Shown in pieces: positions 31,401 through 51,522 of a DNA stretch of 64,000 nucleotides. Under the pieces are notes generated by a model. The model was not told the DNA's origin. It saw only the letters and a list, made by a program, of their open reading frames with translations, and searched no databases. Both the position numbers and the translations under genes were made by a program. Positions within the stretch are counted from its first letter, which is position 1. Every line of letters begins with the position of its first letter. This DNA comes from Hormiphora californensis (taxonomy: Eukaryota; Animalia; Ctenophora), in NCBI GenBank assembly GCA_020137815.1, contig CM035352.1:4712001-4776000 (forward strand), given 5' to 3'.

Positions 31401-34400
31401 TTAACAAAAATTCAAAAAACTACAGTTTGTATAAAATACTACCTGTCTTTCACAGGTAACCACGAGGTCCGAAGTATACAGGCAATGTTCACCTTTAAAG
31501 CGGAGTGTATGTCCAAGTTTGGACAGACCATGGGAATGAGGGTGTGGGAGGCAGTTAACAAGTGTTTTGATGTTCTTCCCCTTGCTGCCGTCATTGATGA
31601 CAAGGTATGTATTGGTCAGGAACCGACCGAAACAAGTAAACAACCAATCAGAACTCTGTATTTAGGTCACGTGACTGGTTATCAGCCAATCAGGGACCAG
31701 TATTTCCTGATTCGGTCGGTTCCTGGGTAGTATAGGTACTGCTAGAACCAGGAAATAATCTTTTTTAGGAATTGCAGTATAAATATGCACTGCCCTGTTT
31801 AATGCCACACTGCTTGTTGTTATGCAACATGTCAACACGTACCTAACTCTTGCCTTAGTCGACCCTATCTTTTTGTGTGCCTTTACAAATATAAAGGAGG
31901 GTTAGAACATAGCAACACCATGTCCAATCTCTCCCAGATATTTTGTGTTCACCATCCAATCTCCCCCAGATATTTTGTGTTCACCATCCAATCTCCCCCA
32001 GATATTTTGTGTTCACCATCCAATCTCCCCCAGATATTCTGTGTTCACCATCCAATCTCCCCCAGATATTCTGTGTTCACCATCCAATCTCCCCCAGATA
32101 TTTTGTGTTCACCATCCAATCTCCCCCAGATATTCTGTGTTCACCATCCAATCTCCCCCAGATATTCTGTGTTCACCACCCAATCTCCCCCAGATATTTT
32201 GTGTTCACCACCCAATCTCCCCCAGATATTTTGTGTTCACCATGTCCAATCTCCCCCAGATATTCTGTGTTCACCATCCAATCTCCCCCAGATATTCTGT
32301 GTTCACCATCCAATCTCTCCCAGATATTCTGTGTTCACCATCCAATCTCCCCCAGATATTCTGTGTTCACCATCCAATCTCCCCCAGATATTCTGTGTTC
32401 ACCATCCAATCTCCCCCAGATATTTTGTGTTCACCATCCAATCTCCCCCAGATATTCTGTGTTCACCATCCAATCTCCCCCAGATATTTTGTGTTCACCA
32501 TCCAATCTCCCCCAGATATTCTGTGTTCACCATCCAATCTCTCCCAGATATTCTGTGTTCACCATCCAATCTCCCCCAGATATTCTGTGTTCACCATCCA
32601 ATCTCTCCCAGATATTCTGTGTTCACCATCCAATCTCCCCCAGATATTCTGTGTTCACCATCCAATCTCCCCCAGATATTTTGTGTTCACCATCCAATCT
32701 CCCCCAGATATTCTGTGTTCACCATCCAATCTCCCCCAGATATTCTGTGTTCACCATCCATTCTCCCCCAGATATTCTGTGTTCACCATCCAATCTCCCC
32801 CAGATATTCTGTGTTCACCATCCAATCTCCCCCAGATATTCTGTGTTCACCATCCAATCTCCCCCAGATATTCTGTGTTCACCATCCAATCTCCCCCAGA
32901 TATTCTGTGTTCACCACCCAATCTCCCCCAGATATTCTGTGTTCACCATCCAATCTCCCCCAGATATTCTGTGTTCACCATCCAATCTCCCCCAGATATT
33001 CTGTGTTCACCATCCAATCTCCCCCAGATATTCTGTGTTCACCATCCAATCTCCCCCAGATATTCTGTGTTCACCATCCAATCTCCCCCAAATATTCTGT
33101 GTTCACCATCCAATCTCCCCCAGATATTCTGTGTTCACCATCCAATCTCTCCCAAATATTCTGTGTTCACCATCCAATCTCCCCCAGATATTCTGTGTTC
33201 ACCATCCAATCTCCCCCAGATATTCTGTGTTCACCATCCAATCTCCCCCAAATATTCTGTGTTCACCATCCAATCTCCCCCAGATATTCTGTGTTCACCA
33301 TCCAATCTCCCCCAGATATTCTGTGTTCACCATCCAATCTCCCCCAGATATTCTGTGTTCACCATCCAATCTCCCCCAGATATTTTGTGTTCACCATCCA
33401 ATCTCCCCCAAATATTCTGTGTTCACCATCCAATCTCCCCCAGATATTCTGTGTTCACCATCCAATCTCCCCCAGATATTGTGTGTTCACCATCCAATCT
33501 CCCCCAGATATTCTGTGTTCACCATCCAATCTCCCCCAGATATTCTGTGTTCACCATCCAATCTCCCCCAAATATTCTGTGTTCACCACCCAATCTCCCC
33601 CAGATATTCTGTGTTCACCATCCAATCTCTCCCAAATATTCTGTGTTCACCATCCAATCTCCCCCAGATATTCTGTGTTCACCATCCAATCTCCCCCAGA
33701 TATTCTGTGTTCACCATCCAATCTCCCCCAGATATTCTGTGTTCACCATCCAATCTCCCCCAGATATTCTGTGTTCACCATCCAATCTCCCCCAGATATT
33801 CTGTGTTCACCATCCAATCTCCCCCAGATATTCTGTGTTCACCATCCAATCTCCCCCAGATATTCTGTGTTCACCATCCAATCTCCCCCAGATATTTTGT
33901 GTTCACCATCCAATCTCCCCCAGATATTCTGTGTTCACCATCCAATCTCCCCCAAATATTCTGTGTTCACCATCCAATCTCCCCCAGATATTCTGTGTTC
34001 ACCATCCAATCTCCCCCAGATATTCTGTGTTCACCATCCAATCTCCCCCAAATATTCTGTGTTCACCATCCAATCTCCCCCAGATATTCTGTGTTCACCA
34101 TCCAATCTCCCCCAGATATTCTGTGTTCACCATCCAATCTCTCCCAGATATTCTGTGTTCACCATCCAATCTCTCCCAGATATTCTGTGTTCACCATCCA
34201 ATCTCCCCCAGATATTATGTGTTCACCATTCAATCTCCCCCAGATATTCTGTGTTCACCATCCAATCTCCCCCAGATATTCTGTGTTCACCATCCAATCT
34301 CCCCCAGATATTCTGTGTTCACCATCCAATCTCCCCCAGATATTCTGTGTTCACCATCCAATCTCCCCCAGATATTCTGTGTTCACCATCCAATCTCCCC

Positions 34401-36624
34401 CAGATATTTTGTCTTCACCATCCAATCTCCCCCAGATATTCTGTGTTCACCATCCAATCTCCCCCAGATATTCTGTGTTCACCATCCAATCTCTCCCAGA
34501 TATTTTGTGTTCACCATCCAATCTCCCCCAGATATTCTGTGTTCACCATCCAATCTCCCCCAGATATTCTGTGTTCACCATCCAATCTCTCCCAGATATT
34601 TTGTGTTCACCATCCAATCTCCCCCAAATATTTTGTGTTCACCATCCAATCTCCCCCAGATATTCTGTGTTCACCATCCAATCTCCCCCAGATATTCTGT
34701 GTTCACCATCCAATCTCCCCCAGATATTTTGTGTTCACCATCCAATCTCCCCCAGATATTCTGTGTTCACCATCCAATCTCTCCCAAATATTCTGTGTTC
34801 ACCATCCAATCTCCCCCAGATATTCTGTGTTCACCATCCAATCTCCCCCAGATATTCTGTGTTCACCATGTCCAATCTCCCCCAGATATTTTGTGTTCAC
34901 CATCCAATCTCCCCCAGATATTCTGTGTTCACCATCCAATCTCTCCCAGATATTCTGTGTTCACCATCCAATCTCCCCCAGATATTCTGTGTTCACCATC
35001 CAATCTCCCCCAGATATTATGTGTTCACCATCCAATCTCCCCCAGATATTCTGTGTTCACCATCCAATCTCCCCCAGATATTCTGTGTTCACCATCCAAT
35101 CTCCCCCAGATATTCTGTGTTCACCATCCAATCTCCCCCAGATATCTTGTGTTCACCATCCAATCTCTCCCAGATATTCTGTGTTCACCATCCAATCTCC
35201 CCCAGATATTCTGTGTTCACCATCCAATCTCCCCCAGATATTTTGTGTTCACCATCCAATCTCCCCCAGATATTTTGTGTACATGGGGGCATCCCATCTC
35301 CTGAGAACGGTGGCGGGTATCTGAGTGTATTTGAGGATATTCCTCACGACCTACCGGACCCTGAGAAAGAGTGCAGACTGGCATGGGAAGTTATGTGGTC
35401 AGATCCACTCAGGTAATAATGGACATATTAGACAGTGATCTGTTGTAAAATACCGGGTATATCACAAAATACACGGGAAATACACCCTCCCCCCGATTTC
35501 TAAACAACTCAACCTCTCCAGGGAAGACGAGCTAGACACGACAACGAAAGAGACGGTTAAGGATTCGGGCGGGTTTATAGCCAACCACCGCCGAGGAACA
35601 GCCTACCTGTTTTCCAGGGAGGCCCTGGAGAGTTTTCTAAAGAGGAAACAAACTCAGTCATGTGATTCGGGCTCATGAGGTTAAACAAGCCGGATTTCAG
35701 GTAAATTCACGTGATAACCAATTTAATAACTCCGTAGTGTGATAGACGATGTATATTTTTTGGCGCCAACTAGATCTGTGTGTACTGTCACCAATCCAAT
35801 TTGATAATCAAAACAAGGGCGGTGCCGCCAGACAGGATCTGTCAGTGTTAGAACATTGGTCTAACAGGACAAGATTGGGGGGGGGGGGGGGGGGGGTCCA
35901 GCCCTAAAAAAAGCTTAAGGTACCCTGATTTTGGTCGATAGCGTTTTTTATTTTAGCTTTTTTTAGCTTTTTTTAGCTTTTTTAGCCCTACTTTTTATGT
36001 TTTTTCAGCATTCATCTTGACACTTTTCCATTAAATTTTCATCCTTCCGGACGTCTATTGACTGCTTTTGTTCATTTCCTGCACATTTTTTACCATAATC
36101 TACCGTTTATGTCCATACATAGCAATTTCTGTATCCACCCCTACTGCCATTTTCTGGAGACATTTTTTCGATAAAAATATTATTCAAATTTGATAAAAAT
36201 AGTTTTAAAAAAGTTCAAAAAACGTTATAAAACGTTATAATAAAAGTTTAAAAAATTTGGCGTCAGCGGGATTCGAACCTATATGAATCCACTAAAAACT
36301 CAATTTTAGCTTTTTTTAGCTTTTTTAGCCTAAAAAAAGCTAAAAAAGCTAAATAAAGCTAAAAAAAGCTAAAAAAGCTAAAAAAAACTAAAAAAGCTAA
36401 AGGTACCCTGATTTTGGCCGTTAGTTTAGCTTTTTTTAGGGCTGAACCCCCCCCCCAAGATTGCTCCTAAATAACACCCACATATAATATATTCCCAGGT
36501 GCAACAGAACGGTAAACTGCTGACTGTCTTCTCCAGCTCGGGCTACTGTGGGGGGACAAACCAGGCGGCGTGCGTGCTGGCAGATCGGAACAAGATCAGG
36601 ACGATTAGGATCGACACTTCATAA
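25694..36624 (+). CDS. Multi-exon Ser/Thr protein phosphatase (PPP family) with N-terminal Nudix-like domain and EF-hands
   Basis: Nudix-like [25 protein letters not shown]|DAGI; EF-hands [15 protein letters not shown] and [14 protein letters not shown]; PPP motifs [37 protein letters not shown]. The exon phases I checked from the Nudix to the EF-hand exons are compatible; one +1 frameshift near 35648. Confidence 0.85.
31617..31725 (+). mobile_element. Second copy of the ~110-bp CAGGAACCGAC MITE
   Basis: Near reverse complement of 10028-10136. Confidence 0.85.
31918..35283 (+). repeat. Minisatellite, ~105 copies of a 32-bp unit CCATCCAATCTCCCCCAG|ATATTCTGTGTTCA spanning a 3' splice site
   Basis: Exon-start position after the first AG is 31938 and after the last AG is 35270: 3332 bp = 104 x 32 + two units longer by 2 bp. 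Confidence 0.97.
35878..36455. mobile_element. MITE with G/C-run termini
   Basis: TIRs (G)n-TCCAGCCCTAAAAAAAGCT / AGCTTTTTTTAGGGCTGAA-(C)n; CAAGATTG on both flanks; internal AGCTAAAAA repeats. Confidence 0.75.
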
Positions 36625-37628
36625 CAATACCAACATGATATCAGTCAATATTACCAGAGTACTTTGAACTGACACTGATGGTGCAATGTGATTGGGGGTG
36701 GTTGGGTTTCTATAGATATCAATGATTGAACAGGTTTTTACTTGATGTACAAATAACGGTAGTACATATTTAGCTGATATCACTGTATAAGATAACAATT
36801 GTACGGTGTCACTGTCTTGTTTTGATCGAGTGGCGACCAACCCCATAGGGGGATCGGGCACTGCGAACATGAGGGGTGCGACGTGCCCAATGTCTTGTTA
36901 GACCTGCCAGGCATACCCCATTTTAATTCTTAGTCTCAGTGCATTCAGAATCAATTGGCTCGTCGCCGCCAGACAGCACCTAGCTGGGTTCTTTTTATAC
37001 AAAAACTGGTCCCGATCCCAGAAGCATTTTGGGCTTTTGTTTAAATTATTCGTCATCATGTTAGTAGTGCCAGTTTATGTTTTCTAGACATGTGTTTGAA
37101 AGATCAATCGGCTGGTTTATTTATTTTTGTCAGACTTTTAAACAAAAATAAGCGATACAGCACAATACTGCCACTGGTGTGGGTGCAAGATAGAGCTGTG
37201 TCACATGTTACATAACTATCAGACGGCGGGCACACCATGGTTAGAATCTTTCTGTCTGGCGGTGCCAGACCCCAATTTGATTGACAGTGTGCTCAGATGG
37301 GTCGGCAGGCGCCAGACAAGATCTTTAAGATTCTGATCGAACGGTCTTTGATATGTTCTAAGACTGAATCTTAGGACATATCCAAGACCGTTCAATCAGT
37401 AGTGTTGTGATCACCATGATATATATACATGTGCTTTTTGTCAAGAGTTTTACTTATGTTCAATTCAACTTAAAACACAGCTCTTTCATGTTGTATAATA
37501 TTATGATCTCATAAATTAACATTCTCAAAGTCGGAAAAAATAACACGTAATTTGTAGAATGCAATAAGGGATACATGTGTAATGAACGAGTCTCTAACTT
37601 CTCAACACCAGAGTCCAGTTCTTCCAAA

Positions 37629-44829
<7,201 letters not shown>

Positions 44830-46254
44830 GATGGAGGACCCTAAATAACGGGAAGATAAACAGCATTATTGGGGCGTTATGTATAGAGTGGTACAGAATA
44901 TACAGAGTGTTGACATAAAAAGGTGCTTCAAGAAAACAAGAACACAGCAGTGGAATCACCATTCCAAGTCATTGAATAGCGTAAAACAATTAACAATCGG
45001 TATTTATTAAGTGAGTGCTTGGTCCATGCACCATCAAAACTATGATATCTCACAATTCACACATTCCCACCCTCACACACACACATGTCTCACCCTCTCT
45101 CACACACATGTCTCACCCTCTCACACTCACCTGTCCGTAGGAACCGTGGTAGACTCGTGACAAACATCTATATGATATATTGAAGGCTCAGTGACTGGTA
45201 TATTGGCTGCAAAATTTCAAACTTTAAGCGAACAAGCTGGTGCGTTTTTCCGTCATTCAAAAAGGTTAATTTGAGTTTCTTCTTGTAAAAAGTAAATTAC
45301 GATTGGCTAGGCGATTGCAGGTTCTACACTGGAAATCTGCTAGCTTACATGCAATATAATTGCGGGACCTGGAATTAGCTCTGTCTACGTTTACACATAC
45401 TCAATACTCATCAAACAGAACGCCCTACCAGGTTGTCTAGCATACATCTTTGGAGGAGTCAACGGCAAAGCAAAGTTGTAAGTTATAAAGTGACCTGGTT
45501 GTGGTTGTTGAAAGTACAGCCGACTCTGGAGATTTTCATCCAACGCGACTTTTTTGTTCTGAATTGAATCACGCGCGCACGGTTTTATCACATTGCGCGC
45601 CACGTTCGTATTTTTTGCGCGTTTATTGCGCGGCTCAACTTTCATTTATTTATTTATTAAAAAAATTCAAAATTTTAAAAACTCAAATTTTTGCAGCTCG
45701 CGACGTCACTTTTGTCTTTCCACACCCCAACACCGGGGGCAAATGATCGAACCCAATGTGAATGAGACTCATCGCGATTAACTCTTCATACGGTTACCCC
45801 CTTTCTCTCTTCGGCAGCTTCTCTTCGGCTGTTGGAAAGTGATGCCAATCGGTGTTGGGGTTAGTGAATTTGTCTTTCCACCAACCCCAACGGTTGAAAA
45901 GCGCTGCCTTATCCCGTGCGGGGGCCAGCAGCGTTTGCCAACCCCAACGGCCAACACCGGGGGAAATGATCAAACCCAATAGGAATGAGAAAAAAAACTT
46001 TTGTCTTTTCCGACACTTTGTTTGGAATTTTAATTTTTTGAGCTTTTCCGTTTTCAGGTTTCCAATTAGAGTACTTTTTTTCAACTGTTCCCCCAAAAAC
46101 TGAAATTTAATGAAATTCAGAATTTTTGTGGCAGGCGCTACACGTTAACATGTGATAAACGCGCAAAAAAATTCCGCGTACGACTTTGGGGGGTGAACAG
46201 TTGAAAAAAATGGAGTATATTAACATTACAACTGTTTGTTTAGGACCCTGCTGT

Positions 46255-49200
46255 ATGGCCGAAGACATCATCCCATCCTCGTTACCCTGTATCAGGTCGC
46301 AGATTCTAAACTTCATCAGTTCTCAGACATCCAAACCGGCAACTGAGGATGCTATTCCCCTTTTCTCCAGGGATTCACAGCCCCCTCCTCCAGCTCGTTC
46401 GACTGATTTCTCGAGAGCTCCGCAACTTGCACCTTCTCAAGCTACAGCAGCGGTAGCACCAACCAGGGACTTCTCCAATCGTCTCAAAATCAAACCAACT
46501 TTTGGCAGACCTGCGATCTCAGATCAGCAATCAATGGATCGGTTTGTTCAACGTAATGAAACTACCACCAAACCCAGCATTTCGGAAAACTACGATCGAA
46601 TAAATCAGGATCCAAACTTTGATTACCGTCCTGTTTCAGAAGTACCTGTGAAATACCGCCAGATCTTCTCCAAATATCCATATTTCAACAAGGTACAATC
46701 AAAGGTTCTCGACAGTGTCCTATTTTCAGACGCCCCACTTGTTCTCTCTGCACCGACAGGTTCCGGGAAAACGGTAGTCTTTGAACTTGCTATTGTCCGT
46801 CTACTGCAGCAAACTGAACCCTCAATGATATCTAAGATTAAAATCGTCTACATGGCCCCATTAAAGGCACTGTGCTGTGAAAGACTAAATGATTGGCGGT
46901 CAAAGTTCACACCTTTCAATCTCAATTGTATTGAAGTTACTGGCGACACCGATATAGACGACTACTCGGTGATGAGAAAGTCTAATATCATTTTCACAAC
47001 GCCTGAAAAGTGGGACAGTGTAACAAGAAAGTGGAAGGAACACACGGGAGAGGTACGGCATATCTCACTGTTCCTCATTGATGAAGTACACATGGTGGGA
47101 GATGGTGAGAGGGGCTCCACGATTGAGGCTGTCATCAGCAGAATGAAATGTATTAAAGATTCCACCGGCTCACAGCTCCGGTTTGTTGCTGTTTCTGCTA
47201 CAATTCCAAACGCAGAAGATTTCTCTGATTGGTTCAGTACTGCCCAAGAAAAGTCCGTTTGTTACAACCTAAATGAAAGTTACCGTCCTGTTCCATTGAA
47301 AAAGGTTGTTCTCTCCTACCCTGATTGCCAACCAAACACTGCCTACAAATTCGATCTGAACCTCAACTACAAACTTCCATCTGTGATTGAACAGTACAGT
47401 CCCAGGTCACCCACCATTATATTCTGCTCCACAAGGAAAGGGACCAACCAGGCTGCAACGACCCTTCAACAACAGAAACGCTTTATTTTCAGTGAGACCG
47501 AGCGAGCGTTTATCCGGGAGACAATCAGTAGTGTCGTAGATTCGAAGCTAAGAGAACTTTTAGGGTGTGGTATTGGCTATCACCATGCAGGATTAACGCA
47601 GTCTGACCGACAAACAATCGAAAAACTCTTCCTATCAGGTCACCTTCCTGTGATTTGTGCAACTAGTACCTTAGCCATGGGAGTCAATCTACCAGCTCAC
47701 CTTGTGATCATCAAGTCCACATTGCAGTATGCAGCGGGGAAATTCCGGGAATACTCCCCTGCAGACGTCCTGCAGATGATTGGTAGAGCGGGTCGGCCCC
47801 AGTTTGATTCCTCTGCCGTGGCGGTTATCATGACCCAGAACAGGACAAAACAACTCTACACAAACTTGATCAGTGGAAGCCAGATAGTGGAGAGCACATT
47901 TCACAAGAATCTAACCGATCACCTGAACTCGGAGATTGTGCTGAAGACGCTGACACATGTTACAAGCGCCGCCAAGTGGATGGAATCCCTGTTTCTATTT
48001 GTCAGGATCAGCAAGAATCCAAATCTCTATGGTCTCCCCGGGAACGTGACTCCCGATCAAATAAAACGCTTTCTTGAGGAGAATGTGCATGGAGGGAATT
48101 CGGAGTTTGAAAGAGTTTCGGTCTGATAAGTCTTGCCCCGGACGGCTCGATCACTCCTACAGATGCTGGATCTCTAATGGCTCGATACTGTATCGCCTTC
48201 CGAACGATGAAGATGTTTTGTGAGCTGAAGGGAGACGAGGGGATGAAGAATGTTCTGGAGGTGATTTCCGCTGCCCAGGAGTTCTCTGACGTGCAACTGC
48301 GAGTACAAGAAAAAAGCACGCTAAACCTTCTAAACAAGAACAAAAACGGACCCGTTATACGGTATCCATATAAGGAGAAAATAAAGACCAGCGCCATGAA
48401 AATCAGTGTCCTGCTCCAGGCAGTGCTGGGCTGTCTCACCATCACCGATTTTTCACTCAATCAAGAATCTTTGAGGATTGTCCAGGTTGCAGCTCGTCTA
48501 GCAAAGTGCCTGTTCGAGCTTCAATCGGCCCATTCCTCGAATTTTCAGTGCTACATATCCTCTCTACTCCTTATGAAATGCTTCAATTGTCGGCTTTGGG
48601 AAAACACCAAGTTCGTGGTTAGGCAATTCAAAAACATTGGCCCAACAATCGGAGGATTTCTGGTAAATGCCGGTATTGTATCTCTGACAAAACTCCTATC
48701 AACGAACCCCCGAGAGCTAGAGATGATCTGTAACAAAAACCCGCCTTTTGGAAGTCACTTGGTTTCAGAAGCCAGTGTAGTGCCACAATATGAGCTGTTC
48801 GTAAAACAGGTGGGAGATATTGAGACGGCCAGAGCCAGTTTGCAAGTGTTTGTCCAGGCCAAGATTCCAGCTGACCGGGCAAGTGAGATTCACCCGGCAT
48901 CTACATCATCCCTTATCATAGGAACACCTGAGAATACACTGGTTTACAAACGAAAACTCAAAGATCGATTGCTTGCGGAGGATCAGACATTCCAATGTGA
49001 GCTGAACATTTACAGAGTTGTCCAGGAACAGGCCGTGATATTTTGGTTGGTTAGTCACTCTAGGGTTGGTTGCGATATAAAAAGCACATTTTGTCCCAAG
49101 TTCCTCCCAGATATCTCGTTTCCGGATAAGATCACCAAACCTTCAGTCGCTCCTGTTGCACCAGCCGTGCCGTACAAGCGGAACCCGTATGTTGTAAGAA

Positions 49201-51176
49201 ATCATACAGAAAACATGGACAACAAACTGAAAGACAGTTCACGGATCTTGTCCGCCAAGCCCCGGAGCATGAATGAAACCCTCCAGCAGATAATACAACC
49301 CACCCCTGCCGGAGACGAGGAGAGTGACTTTGAGGATGTCAGTAGCTGGAAGATTCAGGAGATTATCGAACCGACTAAGAGGTCAGGACAGGCTCCCAAG
49401 ATGGGGATAATGTCCCAGACAATCAACCGACCTACGAACGAGCAGCTAGAACCTGGAAATCTTTGTCATGGTAACAGGAGTGTTTCGTCTTTTAGCGTCC
49501 AAGGTGCTACTTCTCATCAACATGATGCCCAAGATAAACCGCCTTATGATGCCTCTGTTGTTCATCACATGCCTCGTGTCTCCCAGCCTTACGAATCTCA
49601 TCATGGCAACGGTGGACAACAGAACGGTAGAAACAATGGGATCAACAATGTTGGAAGTTTCAACACTGCTCCTTATCAAAACAGTGCGAACCCTTATCAG
49701 TCGTACCAAACCAATTCAGTCCCTCCAGAACCGTATCAGAACAGTTCAAATCCTCCTCAGCGGTATCAGAACAGTACAAAACCGTACCAAAATAACTTGA
49801 GCACCATTCAAAATAATTCAAATGCTGCTCAAAGCAGGGAGCTAGGGGAACACACATCAAACTTTAAGCAGCAAACCAGTAATTCCATACAAAACCCTGA
49901 GTTTGATCCTATCCACTGCCAACCAAACAGAAGACCGCAGCAGGTAGTTAAACCGATCCTAAAAACTCGAGGGGCGGTGGAGTCAGTGTATCCAGTGGAT
50001 GGGAGAAACGATGCAGAATGCAGTTTACACGACGAGAGTACCGATGAGAAGGAGCTGGAGAAGATGCTGAAGGAGATGGAGGATTCGGGATATTTTGATG
50101 AAATTGAGAGTGGTGGAATGGGATCTGGAAGTGAAGGAATGGACTCCCCCAGTGGGCTGTCCGATAACTTTGATATGGGTGTTGCGGATCTTCTATCTTC
50201 GCAATCGTCAGTATCATCGGGAGAGTTTTCTCCCCTGCCACTCCAACAGCGGCTTGCAGATAAACAGTTACAGTTCCGATCACCTTACCAACAGCAACCA
50301 CCCTACCAGAAACAACAGCAACCAGTCTATCAGAAACATCAGCAACCACCCTACCAGAAACATCAGCAACCACCCTACCAGAAACAGCAGCAACCATCCT
50401 ACCAGAAACAGCAGGAACCATTCTACCAGAAACATCAGCAACCACCCTACCAGAAACAGCAGCAACCACCCTACCAGAAACAGCAGGAACCATCGATCAA
50501 AAGCAAACACGATGTGACTCAGCCACAAAACCAAGTCATGGGTCCAGCATCATGTGGAATGCCAGGAATCTCATTCAACTACTGCCCGGAACCGCCACAG
50601 GATGTGATGATCACAACAACTGGGAATAATAATGGATATCAATGTGGGAATATTGCCGACAATCGGTGGCACAATAATCAGGAATCAACCCATTCTTACT
50701 CCCATCAACAGCCATATCACCAAAATAACTCCCACTCCAACCCTGCCTGCTCTACTGCAGTTCCACCCGCCGCTGACCCTATTTCCCGGGTGATACGCCT
50801 CGACAAGGACGGTAATCAGTACCGGGAGTGTGGACACAAGTGTGCCGATAAGACCTCGTGTTCTCATTTTTGTTGTCGGTTTGGGGTGAAGGTGAAGGAG
50901 CCTAAGAAAAGGGCAGCAAAGAGTGTTAGTTGGGCAGAATCGCCCGATAAGGGAGACCAATCCGGACCACCCCCGTACGACAGTGCTTTCAACAAACGAA
51001 CTAAGTTTTTCAAGTCTAACAAGGAAAATGTCCCCCAAAACCAGTCAGTGTTAGATCGATACTGTGCCAAGCCTACTTCGCTGAGGGAAAAATTCCTTCA
51101 GTCGATCCGGAAAAGTCCGCCTAATCAAGATCGGGACTTTGAGGCAACTCAGGCACCGGCATTCCATGGGGTATAG
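46255..51176 (+). CDS. HFM1: Meiotic DNA helicase HFM1/MER3; intronless, two +1 frameshifts at ~48082 and ~48118 join the two ORFs
   Basis: APTGSGKT, TTPEKWD, DEVH, SAT, YHHAGL, TSTLAMGVNLPA, QMIGRAGRPQFD, Sec63-like region, C-terminal CGHKCADKTSCSHFCC zinc motif. Confidence 0.92.
50283..50492 (+). repeat. Coding 24-bp tandem repeat (QQQPPYQK) in HFM1
   Basis: About 8-9 copies of CAGCAACCACCCTACCAGAAACAK. Confidence 0.9.
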
Positions 51177-51522
51177 GAACAGAGGATGCCATGCAGGTTT
51201 CAGATATTTCCTCCATTTACGGTGGACAATAATAATCGAGTTTTTAAGTTGAGTTATTTGTTTTGTAAACTATATCATTCCGTTAATTTTCGTAAAGTTG
51301 TTAATGTAAATTTGATTTTGTAAGTTGTACACAATTTACCGCGTCATTTCTTGTTTCTCACCCAGTCGCAACCAATTATCTCCCTTGCCATGACTCCCTC
51401 TATTTCCCTAGTACCTGTTGGCCGTTATCCACCTGCTTCCCCCAACCCATTCCCATCTCAGTACCTGTTTCCATCCCTCTATTCACATTTCACCATCCCA
51501 TTTCCCTCTCTTTCTAGCAACG

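Noticed and set aside
31938-35269. Recursive splicing or U12 AT-AC sites in the array
   Set aside because: Junctions are AG|AT rather than AG|GT, and ATATTCTG does not match the U12 donor ATATCCTT.
31918-35283. CRISPR array (32-bp repeats)
   Set aside because: Units are head-to-tail with no unique spacers, there are no cas genes, and the context is a eukaryotic intron.
31875-35416. Three >1100-aa ORFs in all plus frames as real proteins
   Set aside because: They result from a stop-free 32-bp unit; only the final IFCVHGG...WSDPLR part is a conserved exon.
36258-36280. Functional tRNA gene
   Set aside because: Only the 3' half is recognisable; no D-arm or anticodon arm.
46186-46254. ORF-track N-terminal extension of HFM1
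   Set aside because: It lies in an inverted-repeat remnant upstream of the acceptor at 46243; the ATG at 46255 is more plausible.
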